Source: an uncultured Collinsella sp. (GTDB lineage: Bacteria > Actinomycetota > Coriobacteriia > Coriobacteriales > Coriobacteriaceae). From it: DNA of 64,000 nt. Position 1 is the stretch's first letter. Each line of letters begins with the position of its first letter. Under the pieces are notes generated by a model that saw only the letters and a program-made list of their open reading frames with translations, made no database searches and was not told where the DNA came from. The stretch lies in the NCBI GenBank assembly GCA_958413455.1, contig CATYUU010000004.1:8-64007 (forward strand). Direction: 5' to 3'. Positions 9,938-20,888 of the stretch are shown here, in pieces. A program made the position numbers and the translations under genes.

Positions 9938-9981
9938 AAAGAGAGGGGGCACCCGTCGCAAAAGCTCGGATGTCCCCTCTC
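9938..9981. terminator. Hairpin terminator between the convergent hipA and pepD genes
   Basis: AAAA-GAGAGGGG...CCCCTCTC stem, with a T-tract on the minus strand. Confidence 0.55.
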
Positions 9982-10036
9982 GTAATGTCATTTGCAATCC
10001 GCTAGCACGTAGCTCGAACTGCTGCTAGCGCAACCT

Positions 10037-11494
10037 TTACGCAGCGAGGCGCTTGAGGACGTCGATGAGCAGCTCGTAGAAGCGCTCGGCAGAAGCGAGC
10101 TCCATGCTCTCGTCCGGGGTGTGGACATCGGAGAGCGTCGGGCCCACGGCGATGGCGTCCAGGCCGTGCAGGGCCTCGGCAAACAGGCCGCACTCAAGGC
10201 CGGCGTGAATGGACTCGATACGCAGCTCGGAGCCAAAGAGCTCGCGATAGCTCTCGACAAAGACGTCGCGGACCGGCGAATGCTCGGCATAGCTCCAGCC
10301 GGGATACTCGAACTCGAACTTGGCGTCGAAGCCCAGGACATCGGCCAGCGTCTGCAGGCGGTCCTTGAACTCGTTCTGCAGCGAGGTGATCGAGGAGCGC
10401 GGGGACAGCATGATCTTGACCTCGTCGTCAGAGGTGGCAACCACACCGATGTTGGAGGAAACCTCGACGGAGCCGTCGGTGGCGACGTTGCGGCGAATCA
10501 CGCCGTTGGGGGCAAGACGCAGGGCGCGGATGAGGGCAAGCGCGGACTTCTGGTCCATGGCCTCGACCTCGGCGTCGTCGGCAATCTCGACGGTGCAGGT
10601 AAAGCCGGGGTCGAAGACCTCGAGCTCGGCAGTGACGTCGGCGATGATGCCCTTTGCGATCTGGGCCGCGGCCTCGGCGGCAGCGTGGTCGGCGTAGACC
10701 AGAACAGCCTTGCACTCACGGTTGATGGCGTTGTCCTTGGTGCCGCCGTTAAAGCTGACGATGGCGGGCTCGCCGGCAACCATCAGGCGGTCGATGATGC
10801 GGGCCATGATGAGGTTGCCGTTGCCGCGCTCCAGGTGGATATCGCTGCCGGAGTGACCGCCCAGCAGGCCGGAGATGTCGAGCGTGAGGGTGCTACCGGT
10901 CTTGTGCTCGCGCGCGATCGGGCAGGTGTAGGTAACGACGACGCCGCCGGCACAGCTGACGGTGGCAACGCCCTCTTCCTCGGAGTCAAGGTTAATCATG
11001 GTGCGGGCGCTAATCTGGGACTTGTCGAGCGTCTCGGCGCCGACCAGGCCAGTCTCCTCGTCGGTAGTGAACACGCACTCGAGGGCGGGGTGAATGATCG
11101 AATCGTCATCGAGAACAGTGAGCATCAGAGCGACGGCAATACCGTTGTCGGCGCCCAGAGTGGTGCCGTTAGCGGTGAGGACGCCGTCCTTGACGACCAG
11201 GTCGATACCATCAGTCGTAAAGTCGTGCTCAACGGAGCCCAGCTTGTCGCACACCATGTCGATGTGGCCCTGCAGCATCACGGTCGGGGCATTCTCGGCG
11301 CCGGCAGATGCGGGCTTGCGAATGATGACGTTGTAGACCTCGTCCTGATACACATCGAGACCGCGCTCCTTGGCAAACGCGACCAGGAAATCGCTGATGC
11401 CCTTCTCGTTGCCAGACCCACGGGGGATCGCGCTGACCTCCTCAAAGAAATGGAACAGCTGGGCGGGCTCGTAGCCGGTAATCTTGTAGTCCAT
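10037..11494 (-). CDS. pepD: Aminoacyl-histidine dipeptidase (M20C)
   Basis: LQGHIDMV, GTTLGADNGI, DEETGL, INLDSEE, IHAGLECG, HTPDE; start at MDYKITG with upstream AAGGAGG. Confidence 0.92.
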   Translation of the reverse strand: MDYKITGYEPAQLFHFFEEVSAIPRGSGNEKGISDFLVAFAKERGLDVYQDEVYNVIIRKPASAGAENAPTVMLQGHIDMVCDKLGSVEHDFTTDGIDLVVKDGVLTANGTTLGADNGIAVALMLTVLDDDSIIHPALECVFTTDEETGLVGAETLDKSQISARTMINLDSEEEGVATVSCAGGVVVTYTCPIAREHKTGSTLTLDISGLLGGHSGSDIHLERGNGNLIMARIIDRLMVAGEPAIVSFNGGTKDNAINRECKAVLVYADHAAAEAAAQIAKGIIADVTAELEVFDPGFTCTVEIADDAEVEAMDQKSALALIRALRLAPNGVIRRNVATDGSVEVSSNIGVVATSDDEVKIMLSPRSSITSLQNEFKDRLQTLADVLGFDAKFEFEYPGWSYAEHSPVRDVFVESYRELFGSELRIESIHAGLECGLFAEALHGLDAIAVGPTLSDVHTPDESMELASAERFYELLIDVLKRLAA

Positions 11495-11642
11495 GGTGCC
11501 TCCTTGGCGCAACTGGTTAGACAGTAAGACATGCGACTTGTATATTCCCAGACTTTGCGTGCATAAACCAGTCGAAAACGCCGAGCGCCCTCGCATCATC
11601 GGCTAACGGCGAGGAAACGCCACTTTATCAAGATAAAGCATG

Positions 11643-12170
11643 TTAGACGGGCCGTGCCGAAGGGACGTTGGACCCTTCAACCAACTTCAACGCCTGTTGA
11701 GCATTAATGCATACACCATTGGTATGTTTGATGAGATTTTTGTCCTCTGTCACGACGTAATCGGCATCAATGCGATTGGCGACGCCCAGCATCAGGTCGT
11801 CCTCAAAGTCGTTGTGATGATACTTGAACACAAAGGAGTCGAAGACCTCGTCTGCACCGACCGAGGCAATAATCGACTTTTGCCGAATCAGGCGAACACA
11901 CGCCCACGCTGTCTCGTCGGCACCGGCGATGACTTCGGGAGTGAGAGCCCCCTCACGGCGGGCGTCGGCCTTCATCGTCCTTCCCAGAATGTAATAGACG
12001 TCTTTGACAGACAGGGAGGACGAGAAGAGGACGATATCCTCCGCTTCCGCCGCGCGAGAAAGGAGCTCGACTATCGGCCTGGTCGCATTCGTACGAGCGA
12101 GAAAGTAATCTAGCCAGACGTTCGTGTCGATCAACAGCTTGAGCACACGTTTTGTTCCGACGCCGCTCAT
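11643..12170 (-). CDS. PIN-domain toxin (VapC-like)
   Basis: LLIDTNVWLD, DFEDD, DYVVTEDK; ATGA overlap with the upstream antitoxin stop. Confidence 0.8.
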   Translation of the reverse strand: MSGVGTKRVLKLLIDTNVWLDYFLARTNATRPIVELLSRAAEAEDIVLFSSSLSVKDVYYILGRTMKADARREGALTPEVIAGADETAWACVRLIRQKSIIASVGADEVFDSFVFKYHHNDFEDDLMLGVANRIDADYVVTEDKNLIKHTNGVCINAQQALKLVEGSNVPSARPV

Positions 12171-12535
12171 AATTCGATCCAATCGCTGAATCTCTCGATC
12201 ATCATTTGATCGTATAACTCGTCGTAATCAAAGGCTTCATCGGGGCTCGGCCTCTGAATCGAGAACCGCTCATAAAAATTCGAAATTAACGCAGCCCCTT
12301 CCGAGACGCGGGACGAACTCGCCTTCGATCGTATGTCGTCAGGCAGGACTTCGTCATCATTCTTTTTTGCGACGGGCATATGACCGTTCTCGGTCAAGTA
12401 CTGCCACAGCTCCCTCACAGCTTGTGACGGCGTCATGCCAATATGAGTCAGTACGGCGTCTCCTGCCTCTTTGAGCTGGCGATCTATACGCACGTTCATC
12501 TGAACTGGCCGCGTGTCGAGTATTGATGTAGGCAT
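12167..12535 (-). CDS. RelB/DinJ-like RHH antitoxin
   Basis: QMNVRIDRQLKEAGDAVLTHIGMTPSQAVR motif; acidic C-terminus; translationally coupled to the PIN gene. Confidence 0.78.
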   Translation of the reverse strand: MPTSILDTRPVQMNVRIDRQLKEAGDAVLTHIGMTPSQAVRELWQYLTENGHMPVAKKNDDEVLPDDIRSKASSSRVSEGAALISNFYERFSIQRPSPDEAFDYDELYDQMMIERFSDWIEL

Positions 12536-12546
12536 ATCAACTCCTT

Positions 12547-12577
12547 TGCTATACTGAATCTTAATTTCAGTATAGCA
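12547..12577. promoter_or_regulatory. Operator overlapping the extended -10 of the RelB-PIN operon
   Basis: TGCTATACTGAA-N7-TTCAGTATAGCA perfect 12-bp inverted repeat; TGnTATACT on the minus strand at 12569-12577. Confidence 0.7.
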
Positions 12578-12604
12578 CGGCAGATTGAAGCACATTTCAA
12601 CAGA

Positions 12605-12639
12605 AACGGGGGCGCCTCCTTATCGGAAACGCCCCCGTT
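12605..12639 (-). terminator. clpC terminator
   Basis: AACGGGGGCG...CGCCCCCGTT stem downstream of the clpC stop. Confidence 0.6.
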
Positions 12640-12659
12640 ATACAAGGTATGTTTATTCC

Positions 12660-15302
12660 CTACAGCGCGCCAGAGCCGGCTTGCATCATGCCGCCGGGGC
12701 CCGAGGTCACGCCGCCGCTCACGGGCGCGGCGTTGCCGGTGTGCGGTGCCGCCGGAGCGGTATCGCCACCGAGCGTGCCCGCCGGACGCGGTGCCGGGAT
12801 CTCGCCCGTGCCGTGGCTAAAGACAAACTTGCCATCGGCCACGTCGCACAGGACGGTATCGCCCTCGCCCCACTCGCCGGCCAGAAGCTCCTCGGACAGC
12901 GGGTCCTCGATGAGCTTTTGAATAGCACGGCGCAGCGGACGCGCACCGTTGGTGAGGTCGGTGCCCTCGGCCACGATCTTGTCATAGGCCGCATCGGTGA
13001 GCTTGATGTTCATGCCGTTGGCAATCAAACGCTGACGCAGGTCGTCCACCAGCAGGTGCGCGATCTTGGTGAGATTCTCGCCCGAGAGCTTCTGGAACAC
13101 CACAATGTCGTCGATACGGTTGAGCAGCTCGGGGCGGAACAGGCGCTTGAGCTCGCCCATCGCGCGGCCGCGGATCTCACTCGAGGTGAGGCCCTGCTCG
13201 CCGGTGGTGCCAAAGCCAACGCTTGCATCCTGCGCAATCTCGCGGGCGCCCACGTTAGACGTCATGATGATCACGGTGTTGCGGAAGTCGACCGTCTTGC
13301 CCTGGCTATCGGTCAGACGACCCTCCTCCAGCACCTGCAGCAAGATGTTGAAGATATCGGGGTGCGCCTTCTCGATCTCGTCGAACAGCACGACCGAGTA
13401 CGGATGGCGACGAACGGCCTTGGTGAGCTGGCCACCCTCGTCGTGACCGACGTAACCCGGAGGGCTACCGATGAGCTTGGAGACCTCGAACTCGCTACCG
13501 AACTCGGACATGTCGAAGCTGATGAGCGCATCCTTGCTGCCAAAGAGGTACTCGGCGAGCGTCTTGGCGAGCTCGGTTTTGCCCGTGCCGGTGGGACCCA
13601 GGAAGATAAAGCTGCCGCCGGGGCGACGCGGATCCTTGAGCGGCGAGCGGCTGCGGCGCACGGCCTTGGCAACTGCCTCGACAGCCTCATCCTGACCGAT
13701 GATGCGCGTCTTGAGCACGCTTTCGGCTTGCAGCAGGCGACGGCTCTCGCTCTCGGTAAGCGAAGACACCGGCACGCCCGAAGTCACGGACACGATGTCG
13801 GCGATCTGGGAGACATCGATGGTGAGCGGGCTGGCGTCGAGCTCGGCGGTCCAGGCGGCCTTGGCCTCGGCGAGCTCAATCTCGGCGGCCTTCTGCTGCT
13901 CGGTGATCTCGGCGGCCTTGTTCATGTCGTCGCTCTCGGTGGCCTCCTGCGCGGCGGCCTTAAGCTCCTCCACGCGATGCTCGGCCTCACGCACCGGCTC
14001 GGGCGCGCGATTCGCGGCGATGCGAGCGCGGGCACCGGCCTCGTCAATGAGGTCGATAGCCTTATCGGGCAGGAAGCGATCCTGGATGTAGCGGTTGGAA
14101 AGGTTCGCGGCGGCCTCGATAGCACCCTGCGTATAGCGCACATGGTGGTGCTCCTCGTAGCGCGGCTTGAGCGCGGTCAGGATCTTGACCGTGTCCTCGA
14201 CGCTCGGCTCCTCGACATCGATGGTCTGGAAGCGACGCTCGAAGGCCGGATCCTTGGTGAGGTACTTGCGGAATTCCTCGGCCGTGGTGGCGCCGATAAT
14301 CTGGAAGGCACCGCGCGCAAGCACGGGCTTGAGCATGGAGCTCGCGTCGATGGAACCCTCGGCAGAACCGGCACCGATGATGGTGTGCATCTCGTCGATA
14401 AACAGGATGACGTCATCGGCTTCGGTGGCCTCCTGGATCACGTTCTTGAGGCGCTCCTCAAACTCGCCGCGATACTTAGCACCCGCCACGAGGCCCGGCA
14501 GGTCGAGCGTCCAGATATTCTGGTTCATGAGGTTCTCGGGCACGTTGCCGGCTGCAATCTGCTGAGCCAGGCCCTCGACGATAGCCGTCTTGCCCACGCC
14601 GGGGTCGCCCAGAATGAGCGGGTTGTTCTTGGTGCGGCGCGAAAGAATTTCCATCATACGCTGGACTTCCTTTTCGCGGCCGATTACAGGGTCGAGCTCG
14701 CCGTCGCGCGCCTTCTGTGTGAGGTTGGTCGCGAACTGCTTAAGCGTATCGGTGCCACTCCCCTTTTGCTGAGAGGCATCCGAGCCGCTAAAGAACGGCA
14801 GGCCCGCACCGGGACGACCAGCACCGGCGCCGGCGAGCGGACGCTTCTTGTCCTGGTCCTTGGCGGTGAGTTTCTCGATAGCCTTTTTGATGGAGGCGGA
14901 CGACACACCCAGGCGCATGAGGATGTCCATGGCCATGCCGTTGCCCTCTTCGACGATGCCGATCAGCAAGTGCTCGGTCGACACGTAGGTCTGGTTGTTC
15001 TCACGCGCCACACGGAATGAACGCTCCATCACGCTAATGACGAGCGGCGTAAAGGCGAGCTTGGCCGCCTCGGTCTCCTCACTGGGCTCGGGAACCGTGG
15101 TCTGGACCTCTTTGAGAGTATCCATGATGTCATCGTAGGAGATGTCGAGCGAACGCAGCGCCTCGGCGGCAATGCCCTCGTCCTCCTTGGCAAGCGCGAG
15201 CAGCAGGTGCTCGGTGCCCACCTTATTTGAATGAAGATCGAGCGCCTCCTGTTTGGCCATCGACATGACCTTGCGCGCTCGATCGGTAAATCTATCTAAC
15301 AT
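12660..15302 (-). CDS. clpC: ATP-dependent Clp protease ATP-binding subunit ClpC
   Basis: Clp-N repeats (GTEHLLL), two AAA modules ([16 protein letters not shown]), [19 protein letters not shown]; short coiled-coil middle domain. Confidence 0.9.
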   Translation of the reverse strand: MLDRFTDRARKVMSMAKQEALDLHSNKVGTEHLLLALAKEDEGIAAEALRSLDISYDDIMDTLKEVQTTVPEPSEETEAAKLAFTPLVISVMERSFRVARENNQTYVSTEHLLIGIVEEGNGMAMDILMRLGVSSASIKKAIEKLTAKDQDKKRPLAGAGAGRPGAGLPFFSGSDASQQKGSGTDTLKQFATNLTQKARDGELDPVIGREKEVQRMMEILSRRTKNNPLILGDPGVGKTAIVEGLAQQIAAGNVPENLMNQNIWTLDLPGLVAGAKYRGEFEERLKNVIQEATEADDVILFIDEMHTIIGAGSAEGSIDASSMLKPVLARGAFQIIGATTAEEFRKYLTKDPAFERRFQTIDVEEPSVEDTVKILTALKPRYEEHHHVRYTQGAIEAAANLSNRYIQDRFLPDKAIDLIDEAGARARIAANRAPEPVREAEHRVEELKAAAQEATESDDMNKAAEITEQQKAAEIELAEAKAAWTAELDASPLTIDVSQIADIVSVTSGVPVSSLTESESRRLLQAESVLKTRIIGQDEAVEAVAKAVRRSRSPLKDPRRPGGSFIFLGPTGTGKTELAKTLAEYLFGSKDALISFDMSEFGSEFEVSKLIGSPPGYVGHDEGGQLTKAVRRHPYSVVLFDEIEKAHPDIFNILLQVLEEGRLTDSQGKTVDFRNTVIIMTSNVGAREIAQDASVGFGTTGEQGLTSSEIRGRAMGELKRLFRPELLNRIDDIVVFQKLSGENLTKIAHLLVDDLRQRLIANGMNIKLTDAAYDKIVAEGTDLTNGARPLRRAIQKLIEDPLSEELLAGEWGEGDTVLCDVADGKFVFSHGTGEIPAPRPAGTLGGDTAPAAPHTGNAAPVSGGVTSGPGGMMQAGSGAL

Positions 15303-15494
15303 GCTCGTTTCCTTACATGAGTTCATCGAAATCAAAACGCCCGCCCGTCGGCGGCGCTTTTGTCTCTTTACCCACAGGTCGTCTATGTTAACAGCTGGAG
15401 GAATATCTATAAACCCGGCTCACATGAATGCAGGTTATGACCGCATCGCGGGACTCACCGCGCGATGCGCGACGGGCGCCCCGCAAGAGAAACC

Positions 15495-16184
15495 CTAGAC
15501 GTCTTTCACCACGTCGGGACTCGTCGCACGCGATGCGCGATAGGCATCGGCCTCCTTGGAGACGCGTTCGAGCAGCTCGGATGTATCGACGCCCTCGACT
15601 TGCGCGACCGTTTCAACCGTCTGCATGGCGACCGCCCTCAGGTACGCGCACGCGCTGTCCCCCAGCTGCTCGAGGTCTATCTCCTCGCCGCCCTCCCGGG
15701 CAAAGCCGACCGCCATCACAAAGCCCATGATGCCCGAGACCAGAAAGCCCACCGCAAAGCTCGAATCTGCCTTGAGCTCTTCTCCGTCAGGGTGGACGAT
15801 CTCTCTCACGCGGTCGATGATGATCGTATGGATGCCCTGCACGACCTGCTCGGCGGCACCCGCCCTCATGGTGATGACGATGCGCCGCAGCAGGCAGCGG
15901 ACGTCGCGCCGGTCGAACGCCGAAAGGTCGCCCTCGCTCGAAAAATGCCAGAGGGCATCGGTGATAAGCTCGTTATCCTGCAGCAGCTGGGTCATGGCGA
16001 TGGCGACGAGTTCATCGAAATCGTGAAAATAGTAGTAAAACGTTCCGCGATTGCACTGGGCGGCGCGGGTCACCTCGCCAACCGACAGCTCGAAGATGCT
16101 GTTGTTCTCGATGAGCTCCCAAAACGCCTCGATGATACGGGTGCGCGCATCGGGCGCATCGGCGTCCTTACGCGGTCTCGCCAT
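15495..16184 (-). CDS. TetR/AcrR-family transcriptional regulator
   Basis: N-terminal HTH SVGEVTRAAQCNRGTFYYYFHD; overlaps the end of the activase gene. Confidence 0.85.
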   Translation of the reverse strand: MARPRKDADAPDARTRIIEAFWELIENNSIFELSVGEVTRAAQCNRGTFYYYFHDFDELVAIAMTQLLQDNELITDALWHFSSEGDLSAFDRRDVRCLLRRIVITMRAGAAEQVVQGIHTIIIDRVREIVHPDGEELKADSSFAVGFLVSGIMGFVMAVGFAREGGEEIDLEQLGDSACAYLRAVAMQTVETVAQVEGVDTSELLERVSKEADAYRASRATSPDVVKDV

Positions 16185-19100
16185 GCGCCTCACCGCACCC
16201 CTGCGCCTTGGCGTTCATGATGAGCATCTGAAGACGGTTCTCCACGTTGGCGAAGCTCACGTCGGGATCGTAGTCGAGCGGCAGGAACTGCGCCGTGGGA
16301 TACTGCTCCTTGAGCGCATGGATGAGCCCGCGCCCCACGACATGGTTGGGCAGACACCCGAACGGCTGCAGGATCACGAAGTTGCGGCAGCCGCGCTTGG
16401 CGTGCTCGAGGATCTCCGCCGGAATCAGCACGCCCTCGCCCGCATCGAACGTATGGTGCAGGATCTTATCGCTCGCGCGCACGAGCTCGGGCATGCGCGT
16501 CGGCGGCTCGTAGAGCGGGCTCGACGCGCCCAGGCGGTCGCAACGGTCGTGCGCGAGCTCGAACAGGTTGTCCGCCGTGGCGTACCAGGCCTTTTCGGAC
16601 AGCGACAGGTCGACGTGGAACTCGCGCGACTGCGCATGCTTGTAGAAATAGGTCTTGCGGATCACGTCGGTCATGCGCGCCTCGATGACCTCGAGCCCGT
16701 TGTCCTCGAGGTAGCGCTCGATCTCGTGGTTGGCGCCGAGATGGAAATTGAGCAGGTACTCGCCCACGATGAGAACGGTCGGATGCGGGTTCGAGCGGTC
16801 GTACGGAACGGCGCCCATGATCGCAAGCGCGCGTTTGAAGCCCGTCGCCTGGCCTCTCAGCCCGGAGCGCTCCATGCCCTCGATAACCTCATCGAGCGCG
16901 CGGTCGAACGCAGCGTCCGCCGCGCCCTTCTCGAGCTCGTAGGGACGGATGCGCCTAAGCATGGCCTCGAGGGCATCGATCATGGGAAGACCGTAGGCGA
17001 TCTGGATGCTCGGGCCAAGGCCGAGCTTGAAGCCCGGATGCGCATTGTGGGCATCGACGTCGTCGTTGGTGAGCACCGGGACATAGTCGTATCCCGCGTC
17101 GTCGAGCGCGCGGCGCAGCAGGGGCATGTAGTGCGTCAGGCGGCAGTCGCCGATATACTTGCCAGTCACCACGGCGACGTCGTGCGGGTCGTACTTACCG
17201 CTCTCGAGTGCCGCGAGCGCCTCGCCGATCACGATTTGCGCGGGGAAGCAGATGTCGTTGTGCACATAGCGTTTGCCCAGGCGGATGGCATCCTCGCGCC
17301 CGATATCAAGGGCCTCGGCGCGCACGCCCTGATTGCGCATCGCCGCGGTCATGAGCCTGCAGAACGCATGGGAGGTGTTGGGGACCAGCGCGATCTTGTC
17401 GTGCCGGTCGCGCTTGGTGTACTTGACCTTATACGGGTCGTCGAGCGGATGGACCGCGTGCACCCGGGCGCCCTCGGCACGCTCCTCCGCGCGACGACGG
17501 TTGACCGACTCGATAAACGAACGCACGCGAATGCCCATGGGACCGGCGACGTCGCTCTCATCGAGCTTGATCATCATCGGAACCTTGGAGCCCATCTCGC
17601 CCATCATGCGCGCGATCTCGTCGGTGAGATACGCATCGTGGCCGCAGCCGAAGCTGCCCATCTGCACGAGCTCGAGCTCGGGCGTCGATGCGACGATGAC
17701 CGCGCACGACAGCATGCGAGCATGGTAGTTGTTCACGATGTCGATGCGGCTGTTGGAAAGATCGACGTTGCAGACCCCCGGCACCGCATCGGGCGTCAGC
17801 ACGGGGATGCCGCGCTCAGAGAAGAGCTTGGGCAGCCCGTGGTTGACCAGCGGGTCGTTGTGGTACGGGCGCGAAGCGATCACCACCGCGTAGCCGCCGT
17901 CCTCGCGCACGTTCTCGAGCACCTGCCTGCCGCGCAGCTGCAGCTGGTTCTCAAACGTCTCCTGCGCGCGGTCCGCCTGCTCGGTCGCCTTGGCAACCAG
18001 GTCGGCATCGATATCGAAGGTCTCCTTGCACCACGCCTTGAGCTGGCGGTTTCGGTCGCCCTCGTCGTACCAGTGGAACAGCGGCGTATCGAACGGAACG
18101 CCGAAACGCTCCTCCGGGTTATCGGAATTGCGCATCACGTAGGGGTATCCCTTTACGACGGCGCACATCCACTCGCTGGTAGAGGCGGTGTTTTCGGTGG
18201 GCACCGTCGTGATGATGGGCATGAAGATGCGGTCGACGCCGGCGTCGACGAGATTGCGGATGTGCCCGTGGACGAGCTTGGCCGGGAAGCACACGGTGTC
18301 GGATGTGACGTGCGCCAGACCGCGCTCGTACATCGCCTTGGTGCTGCGTCCCGAGACGCGCACCTTAAAGCCGAGCGTGCTGAAGAACGTCGACCAGAAC
18401 GGCATGGTGTCCCAGAACTCGAGCACACGGGGAATGCCGATCGTGACATCGCGCCCCCCGCAGACGGGAACCGTGGGGTACGACTCGAACAGCAGCTTCT
18501 CGCGGTCGACAAAGAGATTGGGGGCAGCCGCGGTCCGGTCGCGCCCCGTGCCGGGTGCCTGTGCCTCGCAAGCACCCTGCGGACGCAGCTCCTCCGCCGC
18601 GGGAACCTCGCGCACGAGCTCATCCCATGAGATGGCGCCGCCGCGCGGGCAGCGATTGCCCGTGACGTAAAGCGAGCCGTCGCCAAATGCCACGACCGCG
18701 CGCTGGCAGCGGTTGTTGCACCGACGGCAGGTAACGCCGCCGAACTCGCGATGCTCGAAGCGCTCCACGGCATCGAGCCCGATAAACGACGTGTCGGCGT
18801 CGCCCTTGCGGCATTCCTCGCGCGCGAGCAGGGCGATACCGATAGCGCCCATCAGCCCCGGGTGGGGCGCACGCGTGACGGGTTTGCCCAGATACTGCTC
18901 GAATGCGCGCAGCACCGCGTCGTTTCGGAACGTGCCGCCCTGGACGACGACTTTGTCGCCCAGACGGTTGAGATTTGAAACGCGAATGACCTTGGTGAAC
19001 ACGTTCTCGATAATCGAACGGCAGAGACCGGCCATAATGTCGCCCGGACCCTTACCGCGCCGCTGCTCGGAAACGACGCTGCTGTTCATGAACACCGTGC

Positions 19101-20607
19101 AGCGGCTGCCGAGAACGGCGGGGGCTTTGGACGAAAATGCCTCGGTCGCGATATCCTCAACGGCTATTCCGAGGTTTTTGGCAAAACCCTCGAGGAACGA
19201 GCCGCAGCCCGCAGAGCACGCCTCGTTGACGACGATATCGGTCAGCACGCCGTGGTTGAGCCAGATGGCCTTCATATCCTGTCCGCCGATGTCGAGCACG
19301 AAGGTCGCATCGGGAACGCATGCGCACGCGGCGCGGGCGTGCGCGACCGTCTCGACCGTATGGTAGTCGGCGTGGAACGCGCGCGCGAAAAGCTCCTCGC
19401 CGTATCCCGTGGTGCCCACGGCATCGATCGCAAGCGTGACTCCCGCTGTCTCCCAGCGGTTCTTCAAGCTGACAAGACCCTGTTGGGCGACGTCGAGCGG
19501 TCTGCCGTTATTAGACGCGTAGAACGAATCGACAAGCTCACCCGCCTCATCGACCAGGGCGAACTTGGTCGTCGTGCTCCCCGAATCGATACCGAGCGCC
19601 ACACGCACCGTCTCTCCGGGCGCATACGCATCCGGACCCTTTGCCGGCGTCTCTTTGCCATGGCGTGCCGTAAAATCCGCCTGCTCGGCAGGTGTGGCAA
19701 AAAAGGGCTGGGCAAGACGTCCCTCCCCGCTTGCGGGCGCGACCGTCTCGAGCTTATCCAGCCGGACAAAAGCGTCGGGAAGGTCGATCGGTTGGGACGA
19801 TGCGAACATGTCGGTCAGCGACAGGGCGGCACCGCGCGCGACCATGATCTGCGGATCGCGCGGGACGATAACCTGATCGTCCGATAGATTCAGTTGCTCC
19901 CGGAACACGCGGACCAGTGTGGGGTTGTAGGCGAGCGTACCGCCCTCGAAGATTACCGGCGGCTCGATGTCGATACCCTGGGCCAGACCGCCGATCGTTT
20001 GGCGGGCGACCGCGTGAAGCGCCGAAAGCGCCAGGTCGGTGGTAGGAATGCCCTCGTTGAGCAGCGGCTGGATATCGGTCTTTGCGTACACGCCGCAGCG
20101 GCCCGAGACCTCGTGGACGGTCGTTCCCCGGCTTGCGAGCTGCTCGAACTCGCCCGATTCGGTGCCGACCCCCATGAGCTTTGCCATCTCGTCGATAAAT
20201 GCACCGGTACCGCCTGCGCACGAGCCGTTCATGCGCATGTCGGCAACCTCGATGTCTCCCTTATCGTTGGTGCGGAAGAAGATCATCTTGGCGTCTTGGC
20301 CGCCCAGCTCGATGGCGCAGCGCGTCTGCGGATAGAACCTGCTGATCGCGAGCGCGTTGGCGACCACCTCCTGAACGTACGAGGCGCCCAGCGCGGTCGC
20401 GATATCGCGCGCACCCGAGCCGGTCACCGCAACGCGCAGTGACTCATGGGGAAAGCGCTCGGCGAGCTCGCCGAGCATGGCGCGCACGCTCGCTGTCTGA
20501 CACGCCCCGTGGCGGCGATATCCCCACCACGCCTCGGTCATATCCTCGTGCATCGCGTAAACTTTGGTCGTCGTCGACCCTACGTCCAGTCCTACTAGCA
20601 ACGCCAT
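16168..20607 (-). CDS. Multidomain 2-hydroxyacyl-CoA dehydratase activase (two BadF/BcrAD ATPase domains plus DUF2229/HGD-D-like region)
   Basis: Two GxDxGSTTTK...GGQD...CxxGxGxF...C ASKHA/Fe-S modules; CFPAKLVHGH, SFGCGHDA, QPFGCLPNH. Confidence 0.88.
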   Translation of the reverse strand: MALLVGLDVGSTTTKVYAMHEDMTEAWWGYRRHGACQTASVRAMLGELAERFPHESLRVAVTGSGARDIATALGASYVQEVVANALAISRFYPQTRCAIELGGQDAKMIFFRTNDKGDIEVADMRMNGSCAGGTGAFIDEMAKLMGVGTESGEFEQLASRGTTVHEVSGRCGVYAKTDIQPLLNEGIPTTDLALSALHAVARQTIGGLAQGIDIEPPVIFEGGTLAYNPTLVRVFREQLNLSDDQVIVPRDPQIMVARGAALSLTDMFASSQPIDLPDAFVRLDKLETVAPASGEGRLAQPFFATPAEQADFTARHGKETPAKGPDAYAPGETVRVALGIDSGSTTTKFALVDEAGELVDSFYASNNGRPLDVAQQGLVSLKNRWETAGVTLAIDAVGTTGYGEELFARAFHADYHTVETVAHARAACACVPDATFVLDIGGQDMKAIWLNHGVLTDIVVNEACSAGCGSFLEGFAKNLGIAVEDIATEAFSSKAPAVLGSRCTVFMNSSVVSEQRRGKGPGDIMAGLCRSIIENVFTKVIRVSNLNRLGDKVVVQGGTFRNDAVLRAFEQYLGKPVTRAPHPGLMGAIGIALLAREECRKGDADTSFIGLDAVERFEHREFGGVTCRRCNNRCQRAVVAFGDGSLYVTGNRCPRGGAISWDELVREVPAAEELRPQGACEAQAPGTGRDRTAAAPNLFVDREKLLFESYPTVPVCGGRDVTIGIPRVLEFWDTMPFWSTFFSTLGFKVRVSGRSTKAMYERGLAHVTSDTVCFPAKLVHGHIRNLVDAGVDRIFMPIITTVPTENTASTSEWMCAVVKGYPYVMRNSDNPEERFGVPFDTPLFHWYDEGDRNRQLKAWCKETFDIDADLVAKATEQADRAQETFENQLQLRGRQVLENVREDGGYAVVIASRPYHNDPLVNHGLPKLFSERGIPVLTPDAVPGVCNVDLSNSRIDIVNNYHARMLSCAVIVASTPELELVQMGSFGCGHDAYLTDEIARMMGEMGSKVPMMIKLDESDVAGPMGIRVRSFIESVNRRRAEERAEGARVHAVHPLDDPYKVKYTKRDRHDKIALVPNTSHAFCRLMTAAMRNQGVRAEALDIGREDAIRLGKRYVHNDICFPAQIVIGEALAALESGKYDPHDVAVVTGKYIGDCRLTHYMPLLRRALDDAGYDYVPVLTNDDVDAHNAHPGFKLGLGPSIQIAYGLPMIDALEAMLRRIRPYELEKGAADAAFDRALDEVIEGMERSGLRGQATGFKRALAIMGAVPYDRSNPHPTVLIVGEYLLNFHLGANHEIERYLEDNGLEVIEARMTDVIRKTYFYKHAQSREFHVDLSLSEKAWYATADNLFELAHDRCDRLGASSPLYEPPTRMPELVRASDKILHHTFDAGEGVLIPAEILEHAKRGCRNFVILQPFGCLPNHVVGRGLIHALKEQYPTAQFLPLDYDPDVSFANVENRLQMLIMNAKAQGCGEAHGETA

Positions 20608-20656
20608 AATGCTCCGTCTCTCGCATTTTTCCCGCTAGAGATATACCACTCTACGT

Positions 20657-20677
20657 AATACAACAGACTGTTGTATT
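20657..20677. promoter_or_regulatory. Perfect 21-bp palindrome, probable TetR operator of the activase operon
   Basis: AATACAACAG-A-CTGTTGTATT, 50 bp upstream of the activase start. Confidence 0.7.
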
Positions 20678-20888
20678 TAAACTCCGTATAAAAAGCGGCT
20701 GCCGAAACGCTTCAGCAGCCGCCGAATGCACCAACAGATTGTTCTGCGCGCTAGCACGTCGGGCAACGGAGCAGCACGGGCCCTCCGGTCATGCGCACCG
20801 CTCACGCCCGCGATGTCGCCGAGAGAGCTATCCACGCTTAGGGCTCCAACCAAGCAAGTCGCCCGCGCTCAGCAGATCCCTAAGCGAG

